A stretch of DNA of 64,000 bases from Eledone cirrhosa (lineage: Eukaryota). The DNA lies in contig OZ024755.1 of assembly GCA_964016885.1 (NCBI GenBank), positions 10,292,001-10,356,000 of the forward strand. Direction: 5' to 3'. A program made the position numbers and the translations under genes. Below, in pieces: positions 1 through 13,342 of this stretch. The notes beneath the pieces were generated by a model. The model ran no database searches. It saw only the letters and a list, made by a program, of their open reading frames with translations, and was not told where the DNA came from. The number at the start of each line of letters is the position of its first letter. Position 1 is the first letter of the stretch.

Positions 1-226
1 CACAAGTGGTTTTTAAGCTTCATATCATGTATCCCTATTTTATCTGATGAAAACGCAGATATCATCTCATGATGAAATTTGCTTTTGAAATGCGTATAAT
101 AAAATACTTGGAACTCTTAACCATCTTTTGATCTTATATTATTTATACACCAGTCCTACAAACTGTAGAGTGCTACTTATCCGATATTTGCATTGCTTTA
201 TCGTGCTACAATAAAACTCACCTCCT

Positions 227-264
<38 letters not shown>

Positions 265-267
<3 letters not shown>

Positions 268-378
268 TTCAAGGGGGCAACAAACAGAGGTACAAAAAGT
301 CTTATTAGTTTCACGCTTTATATAGAGAAGAGGTAAGAAAGTTCGACGTGTCGGGCTTAAGCTCTTCTTCAGGAGTAC
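265..378 (-). mobile_element. Penelope-like pLTR fragment carrying a minimal hammerhead ribozyme motif (one core substitution)
   Basis: Minus strand at 343-373 reads CTGAAGA-agagc-ttaa-gccc-GAcAC-GTC. The related copy at 56765 keeps CGAAACGTCG. The fragment is flanked by (TA)n. Confidence 0.6.
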
Positions 379-837
379 ATATATAATATACATATATATA
401 TTATACATAAACTTAGCGCATATGGATCCATATACGCCTCTATTCTGCATCACGCTGTGATGGTTCTATCAGTAATTCAATGTCAATTAAACAGTCGTTC
501 TGCTGTCTATGTCACCCCTATCGCCCATAATCACATATTTACATTAAGATAAATAGAAAGACCAATAGAAACAAAGTTTCCTTGATCCGGCCACATGATC
601 TGGTCCTTTTACTTTCCTTTACAAAACAAACTACCATGTGACTTCATCAACAGAAATCAATATTGGTTCCCACTAATCATGCAAGATGATTGTATACAAG
701 TCCCTCGTGCTGGTAAAATCCCAATTCGTATCAATCAGCCAATCTATATATTTGACTGTGAATGTATCTGTTTGTTTATGTCGATTAACAAAATCCAAAG
801 AAATCATACAATGTTATGCTTTAGAGAGCAACGAGTG

Positions 838-904
838 AGTTATGTGTGTGTGTGTGTGTATTTGCGTTCCAGCCTAGGGTCTGAGGCCAAGCTGGGGCAC
901 CGCC

Positions 905-946
<42 letters not shown>

Positions 947-1011
947 AGTGTGTGTGCATGTGTGTGTGTCCGTATGTATATATATATACATGCATATATA
1001 TATATATATGC

Positions 1012-1048
<37 letters not shown>

Positions 1049-1147
1049 CACACAAATACGTATATACTCGTACACACATACACATACACATACACACAAG
1101 TATATATATACCTGTGTGTGTGTGTGTATATACGTATTTGTATGTAT

Positions 1148-1235
<88 letters not shown>

Positions 1236-1262
1236 ACCTATTTGTATGTATAAGTGTGTGTA
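838..1262. repeat. Compound (TA)n/(TG)n microsatellite
   Basis: Directly visible dinucleotide tracts. Confidence 0.95.
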
Positions 1263-1788
1263 TATTAAAGACGTTATTTCTCTTTAGAATTTCTTAAGGT
1301 AAATTAGTCGACATAAAACAGCAGATATAGGTTATTGATTACCGAGTGTTGCTGTTTGAAGGATAGAACGATTTCAAGTATGACTCATGAAACATCAATC
1401 ATCAATAATCTTGAGTTTTATCTATCAATATATTGATCTCCATTTACCTGAGATACATATTCAGGCAACAGGTGTATTGTACAGCTGTATGTTCAATGAT
1501 CTAGATAGGATTTCTGGTTGAAATAGTTTAAACTAATGCGTATAATTTATACTACGCAGTACACACGGTAAACTGGTTGTCGTTGTGAAGGGCATCCAGC
1601 TGTAGAAGAAAACAAAATCATGACAAAGGACTGTGAAGACTCTTCATTTGGGTCAAGAACATGCTCTACAAACCCCTTCCCTCTTCCTGACAATGCTTGT
1701 TCCAGGAGAATATGCACATTGTACACTTTGTAAAATTGGTTGTTGTTAGGAAGGGAGTGAAGCTGTAGAAATCATGTCAGAATTGATA

Positions 1789-1862
1789 CAGTGGAAGGAA
1801 ACCTCGGTTTACGAACGCCTCTAAACATGAACAAATCGGTTCATGAACAATTTTCTCCGAAC
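1789..1862 (+). mobile_element. Tigger/pogo-like terminal fragment
   Basis: TA followed by cagtggaa..acctcggtttacgaac resembles TcMar-Tigger left termini; truncated by a microsatellite. Confidence 0.45.
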
Positions 1863-1890
1863 AACACCATCAAGTACCACCACCACCACC

Positions 1891-2042
1891 ACTACTACTA
1901 CTACTACTACTCTTGGAGGATTATAGACAAGAACCAGAGGAGCCGAATAACCACGATCTACTACTAGTAGTAGTAATAGTATTAATAAGGGTGGTTGTGG
2001 GGATTATTCGGCTCCTCTGGTTCTTCTCTATAATCCTCCAAC

Positions 2043-2080
<38 letters not shown>

Positions 2081-2152
2081 CAGTAGCAGTAGTAGTAGTA
2101 GTAAATGTGGTGGTGGTTATTCGACTCCTCTAGTTCATGTCTATAAGTCTCC
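1891..2152. repeat. Fold-back inverted repeat in (CTA)n/(TAG)n plus a third degenerate arm
   Basis: ttggaggattatagacaagaaccagaggagccgaataa (1913-1950) is the reverse complement of 2004-2041 with one mismatch; third copy at 2113-2152. Confidence 0.85.
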
Positions 2153-3403
2153 TATATTAAGTTGAATATACGTTGAACACAACAACATTGAATGAATGTG
2201 GTGTAGTGGTTATAGTAGTAAATATATATTTATGACTGGGTTATAAAGATGTGAGGGAAAATACGACAAAACCAGTTAGTTGAGAACCACTGGGCCGAGA
2301 GAGAATACATTTTCAAGGTAAAAAAGAAACAACAGAAACTGTGTGAGTCATTGGAATACTAGTTAAAATGTACTTAACTTTAGAAACATTTCTATTGAAA
2401 ATGCTTAACTCTTAAAATCCTGTAATGATTTAGCAGAAAAAAAAAATCTTAAAACTGGTTTGTTAACTCAAATGTTTAAAGCATCTTTCTTTACAGATGA
2501 AATACTAAAATGTTCAATGTATTTCTAATGTGGTTTTATGTGGTTTGTTAATTCAAACATTTATATCATTTACTAGTAAAAAGATCAGTGTGAATCTTAT
2601 GCAGTTAGATTATAACTTTTAGTCTGATGCAATATTAGTGCAGGTTTGTACTTTTCAAGGATGTCTTATTAATGTGGTTTGCTGTGGTTTGTTAATCAAA
2701 TATTTACAGTATATATACTAGTGGAGAGACCATTGTAAAAAGTTGCAGTATTAGTCTAAAGATTATAATTTTAATGTTTTGTACTTTTCGAGAATGAATT
2801 ACTGTCGTGATTTCATGAGGTACATGACGTTAATGCAAGAGAAAAGAGAGCAAATTTAATGCCGTTGGCTGTCCTCCATGGTAATGGTATCGCCATCTTG
2901 TTTGCGGAGTAGGGTGCAGCTCAAAGATACCGCGCAATCAAGGGTGTAGGGTTCCTCTTTTCAATTTTCTCCCGTTTTCTTTTGACAGCTAAGATTTCTA
3001 ATTAAAAAATGGGATAGTTATATCTACTCTACGTTCAACTTAATCTTGAAATATACGCTGTGTTCCAGCTTAAATGTTCATTATTTTATAAAATCAAGGC
3101 TTATTACTGTCATTGACTGTTCTGCTAAGGTTTATAGAGACAAACTTAGTAGAGCATAGCTGAGGGTAGTTGTCACTGAAGATTTACGTTGAATGTAAAG
3201 ACATGGACTAGTGAATCAGTAAAGGGTAGATAGTTGGATACAATTCGATATGGATGGGAATCTTTGAGAAGATTCGTTATGGGAGAATGAGGGACACCAT
3301 ACGAATGACTCTCCCAAAGAAAATGATACACCGCCTCCGAAACACTACTGAAAAGGGATATGAAAAATATATTTTCTTATTCTCTCTCTCTGTGAGAGAG
3401 AGT

Positions 3404-3439
<36 letters not shown>

Positions 3440-3496
3440 GTGTGCTAAGGAGAAGCAAATATAATATTCACTTATTGTCCATCATTAATTTTTAAG

Positions 3497-3870
3497 AGGG
3501 TCGGACGCCATGCTTTGCAGCACAATTACGTCCCTTTACGGATTGAGTTCAAATCCCGCCGAGATTAACTTTGCCTTTCATCCTTACGGGGTCGATAAAA
3601 TAAAGTACCAGTAATACACTGGGATAATTGCTGGCCTTGTGCCAAAAGTAGAAACAATTAATTTCTAAGATTTATATATGGGCGTTGGATTGGCAGTATC
3701 GGTAGAGGGTCGGACGCTATGCTTTGCAGCACAGAGTTACTCCCCTTTATGATCTGAGTTCAAATCCCGCCAAGGTTAACTTTGCCTTTCATCCTTACGG
3801 GGTCGATAAAATAAAGTACCAGTAATACACTGGGATAATTACTGACCTTGTGCCAAAAGTAGAAACAATT
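3497..3870 (+). mobile_element. Two tandem Deu/Nin-like tRNA-derived SINEs
   Basis: B-box-like gagttcaaatcc, then ccgccgaggttaactttgcctttcatccttacggggtcgataaaataaagtaccagt and a ccttgtgccaaaagtagaaacaatta tail; both copies end in the same flank (aatttctaagatttata). Confidence 0.85.
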
Positions 3871-3996
3871 AATTTCTAAGATTTATAAAAATGTATTTCA
3901 TAGGTCTGCGTACGAGAGTGTGTATGTGTGTGTGAGTATGCATACGTGTATGCAGGTATGTTTATGCATATATACATATACATACATATATATATA

Positions 3997-4069
<73 letters not shown>

Positions 4070-4396
4070 TATAAATGTACTTGCATGTGTGTTAAAATGT
4101 GTACATGTGAATTTGTATGCATGAGCATGTAGGCCTTGGTTTCATACAACGGGACTGGGACGGTAAACGCCTCACATTCACATAATTTGGATAACATAAA
4201 CAAAGTCTATTCGGCTGGTGAGAAAGTCTTCATACCTCAACACACAGTGAGAAATTGCCCACTATTGTTCCCTCCTACATAGGTTCAGCGCTATCATTAA
4301 GATCAACTAGGTAGCCGCCTGGGTAGCTCGGAGTTTGTTCCTTGAGCTTATTTGATTGTAAGGAATAATTGAGAGTTTTTAACTCGACCTTTTGAT

Positions 4397-4457
<61 letters not shown>

Positions 4458-4572
4458 ATAGTAATAATAATAAATGGAAGACTAAAATCCAAAGGGGGCT
4501 CGATAAGGATAAATAAATAAGGTGAAAGCAACGATTCTTTGCTTAAACTTTAATCTGTTATTTTCATAAATA

Positions 4573-4675
<103 letters not shown>

Positions 4676-5081
4676 CATTTTATATGGCAGCTGTAAAGAT
4701 TATCGTTCGTTTGAACAAGAAGAGGAAGAGTGGGCGGAAGCTCTGAAGAAAAAACTAAAGATCTAACTGAAGACATAATTTCATGGTCGTCTGCTTCTGT
4801 GAGGATGCGTCAGTTATCATACCTATCTGCTTTCGTGTCATCTCTAAAAAGTACTTGGAAATACCATTGACATCCAGGAAACGCTTCAGTTGGTCACATA
4901 CCATTGACATCGAGCAAGGTTTACTCGCTTCAGCTGATCATACAATGTATTTTGGGACTTGATACAATGTTACCTTTGATTGCACTAATGAATATATATT
5001 TATATTTCAGTAAGTGCTATTTATAATATACTATAACACATACACACGTACGCACCACCACCCACACGTATGTGTGTGTAA

Positions 5082-5400
5082 AGGCAAGCGAATTAGGGGT
5101 TAGAGAGTTGGATTCACAATCGTGAGGTTGTGAGGTCGATTCACGGACTGGGTGATGTGTTGTGTCCTTGAGCAAGACACTTTATTTCACGTTGCTCCAG
5201 TTAACTCAGCTGTAGAAATGAGTTGCGACGTCACTGGTGCCAAGCTATATCTGTCTTTCCATTGGACGACATCGGTGGCGTGGAGAGGGGAGACACGTAT
5301 GCATGGGTGACTGCTGGTCTTCCAAAAAAACCCACCTTGCCAGGGCTCGTGTCCCAGATTGAAACTTTCTAGGTGCAAAACCCACGGTTATGAGTGATCG
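5082..5400 (+). mobile_element. CORE-like tRNA-derived SINE (family 2)
   Basis: tRNA-like head followed by gtgtccttgagcaagacactttatttcacgttgctccagt..ctcagctgtagaaatg; related pieces at 19455, 36995, 41075, 54380, 61590. Confidence 0.75.
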
Positions 5401-6189
5401 AAAAATAAATGGCTGCTACTTCTAACACATTGAACGAACGACCGCGTAGGGACTTCCTTACTAGCTTCGACACACAAGACACAAAGACACATACACATAT
5501 ATATTCAAACACAAGACACAAAGACACACATACATATATTCACATTCACACATTCATATATTCATACACATAGAGAGAGAGACAGTTGCACTCACATCCA
5601 CACACGTTCAGACACTCATACTTACACACTCATACACTCATAGTCATATACACGTACATATAAGATATTACAGGGATAGGTCCATCTGTTAATATTGAAA
5701 CCACAACGAATATATATCTAGTTCAGAAGGATGAATTGCATAGTCGACCTTCATATCGCAAGTCATTTCATCTGGTTAATCAAATTGTCAAATTGTCAGA
5801 ATAGTTAGGGCGTTGGATTAAATGCCTCGGTATTTTTTCCTGCTTACTGCGTTCTGTGCTCAAATTTAAAACAATGTCAACTTTGCCTTTCATCATTTTG
5901 GGGATTGACAAAATAATAATAATAAAAAAAAGAAACGTTGACCTCGGTCGATTTGAACTCGAGACGCAGAGATCTGAAACGAAGACCACCAAGCAATCTG
6001 TCCGACGTTCAAACAACTCGGCCAATTTTCTGTTTTATATGGTCGAAAAATGTTCGTTTGTCTTCACCAGTTGGCTTTAAAGACACGACTAACTCCTTAT
6101 CTATATGGTCTTTCTTTTCAATGAAATTAGGTTGCTTGATACTATTGAGTTTACCTATCTCAAGAGGACTAGTGAGAGAGTAAAAGGTA

Positions 6190-6222
<33 letters not shown>

Positions 6223-6453
6223 GATAGATGGGGAAGGGAGAGAGAGACAGAGAAAGAGAAGGGGGCGATAGAGGGGGAAGGGAGATAGAGGGGGGAGAGA
6301 GTGAGAGAACGAGGGATAAAAGAGACACGCACACACATATTAATATGTGAAACGTAATTGGAAAAAAACACAGCAAATGATAAAGTACAACGAAGATATA
6401 AAGTATTTTGAAATTTAACACTTGATATGGTAGGGAAAGAGTCTTAAGTGTGT

Positions 6454-6528
<75 letters not shown>

Positions 6529-7458
6529 AAGAGACAAAAAGACAGAGACATATATATACACACACACACACAGAGGGAGAGAGAAAGAGAGAAAGACAGA
6601 GCTGTAATGAAAGGGGGAGGTGCTCACACGGCGACCTCTTCCTCCTACTCCCCTTCTTCCCACTTGTCACAACTAAACGAAGCTATGTTGCAATATACCT
6701 CCCACCCCCACAAAATAGCAAACTATCCCAACATACATATATATATATATATATACATATATATATACATACATGTATATACATATATATGTATATATAT
6801 GTATACATACATACATATATATATACATACATACATACATACATACATGTATATACATATATATGTATATATATGTATACATACATACATATATATACGT
6901 ACATACATATATATACTTACATATATATACATACATATATACATACATAAATATATACATATATATATACACACACATACATATACATACATATACATAC
7001 ATATATGTACATACATATACATACATGTATGTACATACATATACATACATGTATGTACATACATATACATACATGTATGTACATACATATACATACATGT
7101 ATGTACATACATATACATACATGTATGTACATACATATACATAAATGTGCATACATACATATACATAAATGTGCATACATACATATATGTACATACATAC
7201 ATGCATACATACATACATATATGTACATACATACATACATGTACATACATACATACATGTACATGCATACATGTACATACATACATGTACATACATACAT
7301 ACACATACATACATACACATACATACATACATACATACATACACATACATACATAAATACATACATACATACATATATATATATATATCAAGCGTTAACC
7401 TAATATATACCTTCCATATACTGTACCGATTGTGTTGTTATTTCTGTTTACCTTTTAC

Positions 7459-7489
<31 letters not shown>

Positions 7490-7492
7490 TAC

Positions 7493-7579
<87 letters not shown>

Positions 7580-7598
7580 TATATATATATACACATAC

Positions 7599-7629
<31 letters not shown>

Positions 7630-7765
7630 TATATATATATACACATACATATGCATATACATATATATATATTCATATGCACACATACTTGCACACATAT
7701 GCACACACATACATACATACACATATATAGATACGCATAAATACATATATACATACACATAGACT
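6190..7765. repeat. (GA)n, (CATA)n and (TA/CA)n microsatellite field with a 24-bp higher-order unit (catgtatgtacatacatatacata) at about 7000-7170
   Basis: Direct. Confidence 0.9.
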
Positions 7766-8014
7766 TGCACATACAGAGATAGTAGCCCCACCTAGAGGCA
7801 ATGTCAAATTTCTATGGAGGGTGCTAATCCCTCTTATAGTGTGGTATGTAACCGATAATATGGTCACATATATACATACGTACATAATACATACATACAT
7901 ATGTACATCCATACCTACATACATACGTACATGCATACATAGGTATATACATACGTATATATATATATATATATATATATACGTACATACATACCTACAT
8001 ACATACGTATATAC

Positions 8015-8625
8015 ATGGTGGCTGCCAACTCGTTTTCGAGTACGGCCACTACTTTATATCCATGTAGGAGAACCCCTACCGATGCGCTGAACGAGTGTGA
8101 CTTTTCAGTTCAGCCAGCGACTTGAAAACTCTGGTACAAACACTACACTTGTGACAATTACTGACACATAGTGCTGGGCCCATGGTACCATGTGATTACA
8201 AGTGCAGAGAGATCTCCAGATATAAAGCAATGCCTGTGTCGTGAAGCTTTTATAGTGAGCAAAGGCACTGCACAAAGCCAGTCTCACTCTCTTAACCAAG
8301 ATGATATTTATCAAAAAGAAGAACAAGTCAACATCATTGGATATCATCAGGGTTGCAGGTGTTATATCAGAGTTTTCCTTCTCCTAGAATTCTGCCTTGA
8401 CAAAGGCTAAGGGGTCATCTCTCCCGGTGATTTTGGATGGCCATTGACTCTTAAGAGCTCCTTTGCCCTTTGACAGGTTTTGTTTTTAGTCCTGCAGGAT
8501 GTCCAAAGTCACCCTCCTCACCAAGAAACCTTGGTGGGGTTGCCAGTTTAGTCGCCAACGACCCGACCATGAGACAGGTTGTATTGGGATACATGTTACC
8601 AGTAGCACCAACTGGTGACCTGACA
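8015..8625 (-). mobile_element. Bipartite non-autonomous RTE-like element (5'UTR joined to 3' end)
   Basis: Minus strand has the RTE 5'UTR-like motif ggcagaattctaggagaaggaaaactctga joined to a terminal C2H2 motif CSVCTRVFKSLAELKSHTRSAHR*, a short 3'UTR and a (TATG)n tail. Confidence 0.6.
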
Positions 8626-8810
8626 TAATGTATATACATACATACGTATGTGACCTGACATATGTATATACATACGTATATACATACATACGTATATACC
8701 TACATACATACATGCATACATACGTATATACATACGTATATATATATATACATACGTACATACATACCTACATGCATACATACGTATATACATACGGATA
8801 TACATACATA

Positions 8811-9040
8811 CGGTTATATACCAACCCGCTTGGACCAATGTATAACTGAACTTGGATTTGCGGACAAAGAGCGCAGCTCCCTAATTCATAGTCTACCAAT
8901 GGCTGCGATAGCTGGCACCTTCAAAATTTGCAAAACATTCTTGCGATTCAAGGGATGACAATTTTTTTTCTTTTACAACCTTGCCACCAGGAAGGTGGCC
9001 GGTAAAAAATATACTCGAAATTAAGAGAAAGAAGAACGTA
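8811..9040 (+). mobile_element. 3' end of a restriction-like-endonuclease LINE (R2/R4 group) in (CATA)n
   Basis: Encodes ..ELGFADKERSSLIHSLPMAAIAGTFKICKTFLRFKG*, similar in pattern to the 44.1 kb terminus LQKACLLGTARTLRYVLNI*; repeated at 63805. Confidence 0.5.
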
Positions 9041-9146
9041 TATACATACATACGTAAATAAATACATACGTACATCCATAGATACATACGCACATACATA
9101 CATACATGCATGCATACATACACATACATAAATACACACATATATA

Positions 9147-9180
<34 letters not shown>

Positions 9181-10610
9181 AACCCCACCTAGCGGGAATG
9201 TCAGATTCCAATGGATGGTGTTCTCTTCTCAAAGTCGTCTGTAAATAGGACTATGATCACACACACACACACACACACACATATATAAATACACGGATAC
9301 ACATATACACACACACATATATATATATATACACGGATACACACATACATACAACTTTGATTACACACATAGCCCCCCCCCCCCCACACACATACATACA
9401 CACATATATATACACACGGATGCACACATACACACATAGCCCCCCCCACACACGACTCTCTCAAATATCCTCACACACACCTTTGATCACACGCACACAC
9501 ACCCACACAACTTTGATCACACGCACACACACAACTTTGATCACACACGAACACACACATTTATACACAGACATACAAGTATGATCAAACACAAGACCCA
9601 CCCAACTATCTTAAACACACACCCACAAACATACACAACTTTGATCACACACACTCACACGCATAGACATACCCACGCTCACATACACACAACTATTATC
9701 ACACATGTCCACATACACACACACACAGCTACCATAACACACACAAACACTCAAGACTCTCCCAACCATGATCAAAATCAACAGAAGCCCCACCTAGCGG
9801 CACACCTTATAATCAGTTAATATACGTAGTAAGCAATGGAGAACTATAGTACCTGGACCATAGTACCTCTTGTTATTGTCGTTGTGGTGGTAGTAGTGGT
9901 AGTGGTTGCTGTGGTGGTGTTTGTGGTGGTGGTGGTGGTTGCTGCTGTTGTTGTATTGTGGTGGTGGTGGTGGTGGTGGTTGCTGTTGTTGTTGTATTGT
10001 GGTGGTGGTGGTGGTTGCTTTTTGTTGTTTGTTGTTGGTGTCATTGAAGTTGCCTTTTTGTTTTTTTTTCTGCGGCCAAGCTAGAGCACCACCTTGCTGT
10101 GGTGGTGGTGTTTGCTGTAGTTGTTGTTATCGCTACTCTTACTACTTGTTGTCATTGTTATTGGTTTTTGCAGCTGTCATTTGGTTTATGTTGTTGTTGC
10201 TTTTGTTTTTACAGCATGGTTTGTGCTGGTGTGTTTGTTTGTTTGTTGTTTGTGTGTATATCTATATGTGTGTGTAAGTGCGTATATAAATATTTCAGTG
10301 AATGAGTGAATGAATGGCTGTGTGTGTGCATATGTTATTTTGATGTTGTTGTTGTTTAACACCAGGTCAATTCTGACAGTAGAAAATTCGTAGAAAATTA
10401 AAGTAGAAAATTCGTTTGTGAATTTGTTTTTATCGAGTTTTCAGTGCGTTTGTGAAAGGATTGGTCAATAAGAGACGTGATATAAACACCCCTTTCTTCG
10501 TCATCTTCAGCCTGTTAGTTCAATGTTCATGATAGATGAAACAAACGGATATTGATAACTGCACTTTAGACAGATGAATGAGAAAAAGAAAAAAAGGAAC
10601 CGATTGTGAG

Positions 10611-11640
10611 ATCAAACCAGGGAAACAATGTTTCCATTGGTCTTTTCATTGCTGATATTATCTGCCGGTCGTCGTATCAGACCAAAGAAACAATGTTTCC
10701 ATTGGTCTATCCAATTGTTGATACTATCTGCCGGTCGTCGTATCATACCAAAGAAACAATGTTTCCATTGGTCTATCCATTGCTGATACGATCTGCCGGT
10801 CGTCGTATCAGACCAAAGAAACAATGTTTCCATTGGTCTATCCATTGTTGATACTATCTGCCGGTCGTCGTATCATACCAAAGAAACAATGTTTCCATTG
10901 GTCTATCCATTGCTGATACGATCTGCCGGTCGTCGTATCATACCAAAGAAACAATGTTTCCATTGGTCTATCCATTGTTGATACTATCTGCCGGTCGTCG
11001 TATCATACCAAAGAAACAATGTTTCCATTGGTCTATCCATTGTTGATACTATCTGCCGGTCGTCGTATCATACCAAAGAAACAATGTTTCCATTGGTCTA
11101 TCCATTGCTGATACGATCTGCCGGTCGTCGTATCATACCAAAGAAACAATGTTTCCATTGGTCTATCCATTGTTGATACTATCTGCCGGTCGTCGTATCA
11201 TACCAAAGAAACAATGTTTCCATTGGTCTATCCATTGTTGATACTATCTGCCGGTCGTCGTATCATACCAAAGAAACAATGTTTCCATTGGTCTATCCAT
11301 TGTTGATACTATCTGCCGGTCGTCGTATCATACCAAAGAAACAATGTTTCCATTGGTCTATCCATTGTTGATACTATCTGCCGGTCGTCGTATCATACCA
11401 AAGAAACAATGTTTCCATTGGTCTATCCATTGTTGATACTATCTGCCGGTCGTCGTATCATACCAAAGAAACAATGTTTCCATTGGTCTATCCATTGTTG
11501 ATACTATCTGCCGGTCGTCGTATCAGACCAAAGAAACAATGTTTCCATTGGTCTTTTCATTGCTGATACGATCTGCCGGTCGTCGTATCAGACCAAAGAA
11601 ACAATGTTTCCATTGGTCTTTCCATTGCTGATACTATCTG
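10611..11640. repeat. 65-bp tandem satellite, about 16 copies
   Basis: Unit taccaaagaaacaatgtttccattggtctatccattg(c/t)tgatac(g/t)atctgccggtcgtcgtatca with period 65 (e.g. 10941, 11006); no spacers. Confidence 0.97.
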
Positions 11641-12504
11641 CGAGTCAATGCTTTTCCAGGTACAGGAGGCGGAATTTGAACTCAGAACGCATAATCCGAC
11701 GGAGGTCCAACTAAAACAATTAGTGGTGATGGTGGTAGGGGTTGCGGCGGCCATGGTGGTGTTGGTGGTAAGGTGGCGATGTTGGTGTTGACACCTGTAA
11801 TTCAAAGAGCTCGCCGGTTTTGTTGATTAAACGACTGGAAAGTTAATCGTCACATCCGATGGAGGTCCATTCCCTCGGTTAATGGCAGCCATATTGTACT
11901 GCCGTCAAATCCGGGCTTACTAATTGGCTTACCATTAAACGATATCGCTTCTTTTGGTTTTCTACAGAAGTTCTCTGTCAGTCATGAAAATTCCATGCCA
12001 TAGTGATATACGGGCTTCTTTCTGGCACCATACATGATGAGACATCCTTGCCTTAGATGTTGATTTTCTCATTAAATCACCCCAATATTCCTTTTAGGGT
12101 TTCCTAATTTCTCCTTTACAAACCTTCTTCAAATAAAAGAAAGGGCCGTTATAGATGTAATTATTATGCTGTAACCATTCCTGGACATGTTTAATGCTAT
12201 GTTAGCTCATGTATAGCTAACATTGTACGCACGTATGTATGTATGAATGTATGCGTATGTTTGTGTGTATGTATGTGTGTGTGTGTGTGGACACATAACT
12301 TCCAATGGTGATGTAGAGGCGCTGTCATGAAACATGTGATGGAAATTTTAAACCTAGCGGAGTCCATTCCTCTCTGAACAGAGTCGAGATCTTCCACTGA
12401 TAGAGAGGATGCGAGAAAGAGTTATAGAGGAAAAATCGACCCCAATAACATTTGTTATATTAAGCAAAGAATATTCTAACCTAAGCTTCTAACATGCATT
12501 GTAT

Positions 12505-12640
12505 GGACGCAGCGTGGCCGAATAGTTAAGAAGTATCCTTCACAATCGTTAGCTCATGGATTTGATCCCACTGCCAAACATCTTGGACAAGTGTTACTTA
12601 ACATAGCCTCGAGTCGGCCCAAGCCTTGTGAGTAAAAGTC
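12505..12640 (+). mobile_element. CORE-like (OR-type) tRNA SINE fragment (family 3)
   Basis: gtggccgaatagttaagaag..tcccactg..cttggacaagtgt..atagcctcgagtcggcccaagccttgtgagt; minus-strand relatives at 22365, 28405, 33930, 55690, 62458. Confidence 0.65.
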
Positions 12641-12644
12641 GGTT

Positions 12645-12805
12645 AAATAGACCTCAGTGCATTACTGGTACTTTATTTTATCGACTCCGTAAGGATGAAA
12701 GGTAAAGTTAACCTTGGCGAGATCTGAACTGAAAATGTAAAGAACCGTAACTCAATGCTGCAGAGATGTTGTTTCACACTCTAACGATAATGCCAAAGTA
12801 CCACC
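12645..12805 (-). mobile_element. Deu/Nin-like SINE
   Basis: actggtactttattttatcgactccgtaaggatgaaaggtaaagttaacc core. Confidence 0.8.
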
Positions 12806-13342
12806 CTAATAACTTTTGATATATTAAACACAAAATACAATTAGCTGAACATCTTACAAGTATTGTAAACTATTGTTATCTAAGCTTGTTACAGAATATT
12901 CTGACCTAAGTGTGGAAGTTAATCAATTTTTAAATCTCTTCTCAGTAACACAAAATTCAAATATATTCTAATTTATTCACCCATCATACGAATATTTCGC
13001 TTAAAATATCGATGAAAATCGCAAAATTCCAAAGCTAATATTACAAGCTAATGCATTACAACACTACGAAACTATTTACATATACTCTAGTTAATAATAT
13101 ATGTTTCCTGGTAGCTTCTGCTATTTTCATCGACGCCTTTTTGGTGAGATTACATCGCAATCGACTTTTCTTTAACGCTAGATTTCTCAAAAGATTTTTG
13201 TCTTTATGCAGAAAAAAAGAAAAAGAAAATGAGAATACAAGAGTGTTTATCTACATAACCAGACCCGGTGCTTGGGTATTTACCACCCTACGTTAACTCA
13301 TAATGTCTCCCAGCTCTGCGTCCTATTCTCCTAAATAATAAT

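Noticed and set aside
5082-5160. tRNA gene
   Set aside because: The A/B-box-like head continues into SINE body, and no complete cloverleaf can be formed.
6448-7791. Numerous YI/HT/CV-rich ORFs here and throughout the window
   Set aside because: They are translations of dinucleotide and tetranucleotide microsatellites.
10611-11640. CRISPR-like array
   Set aside because: Units are contiguous with no unique spacers, no cas genes are present, and the context is eukaryotic.
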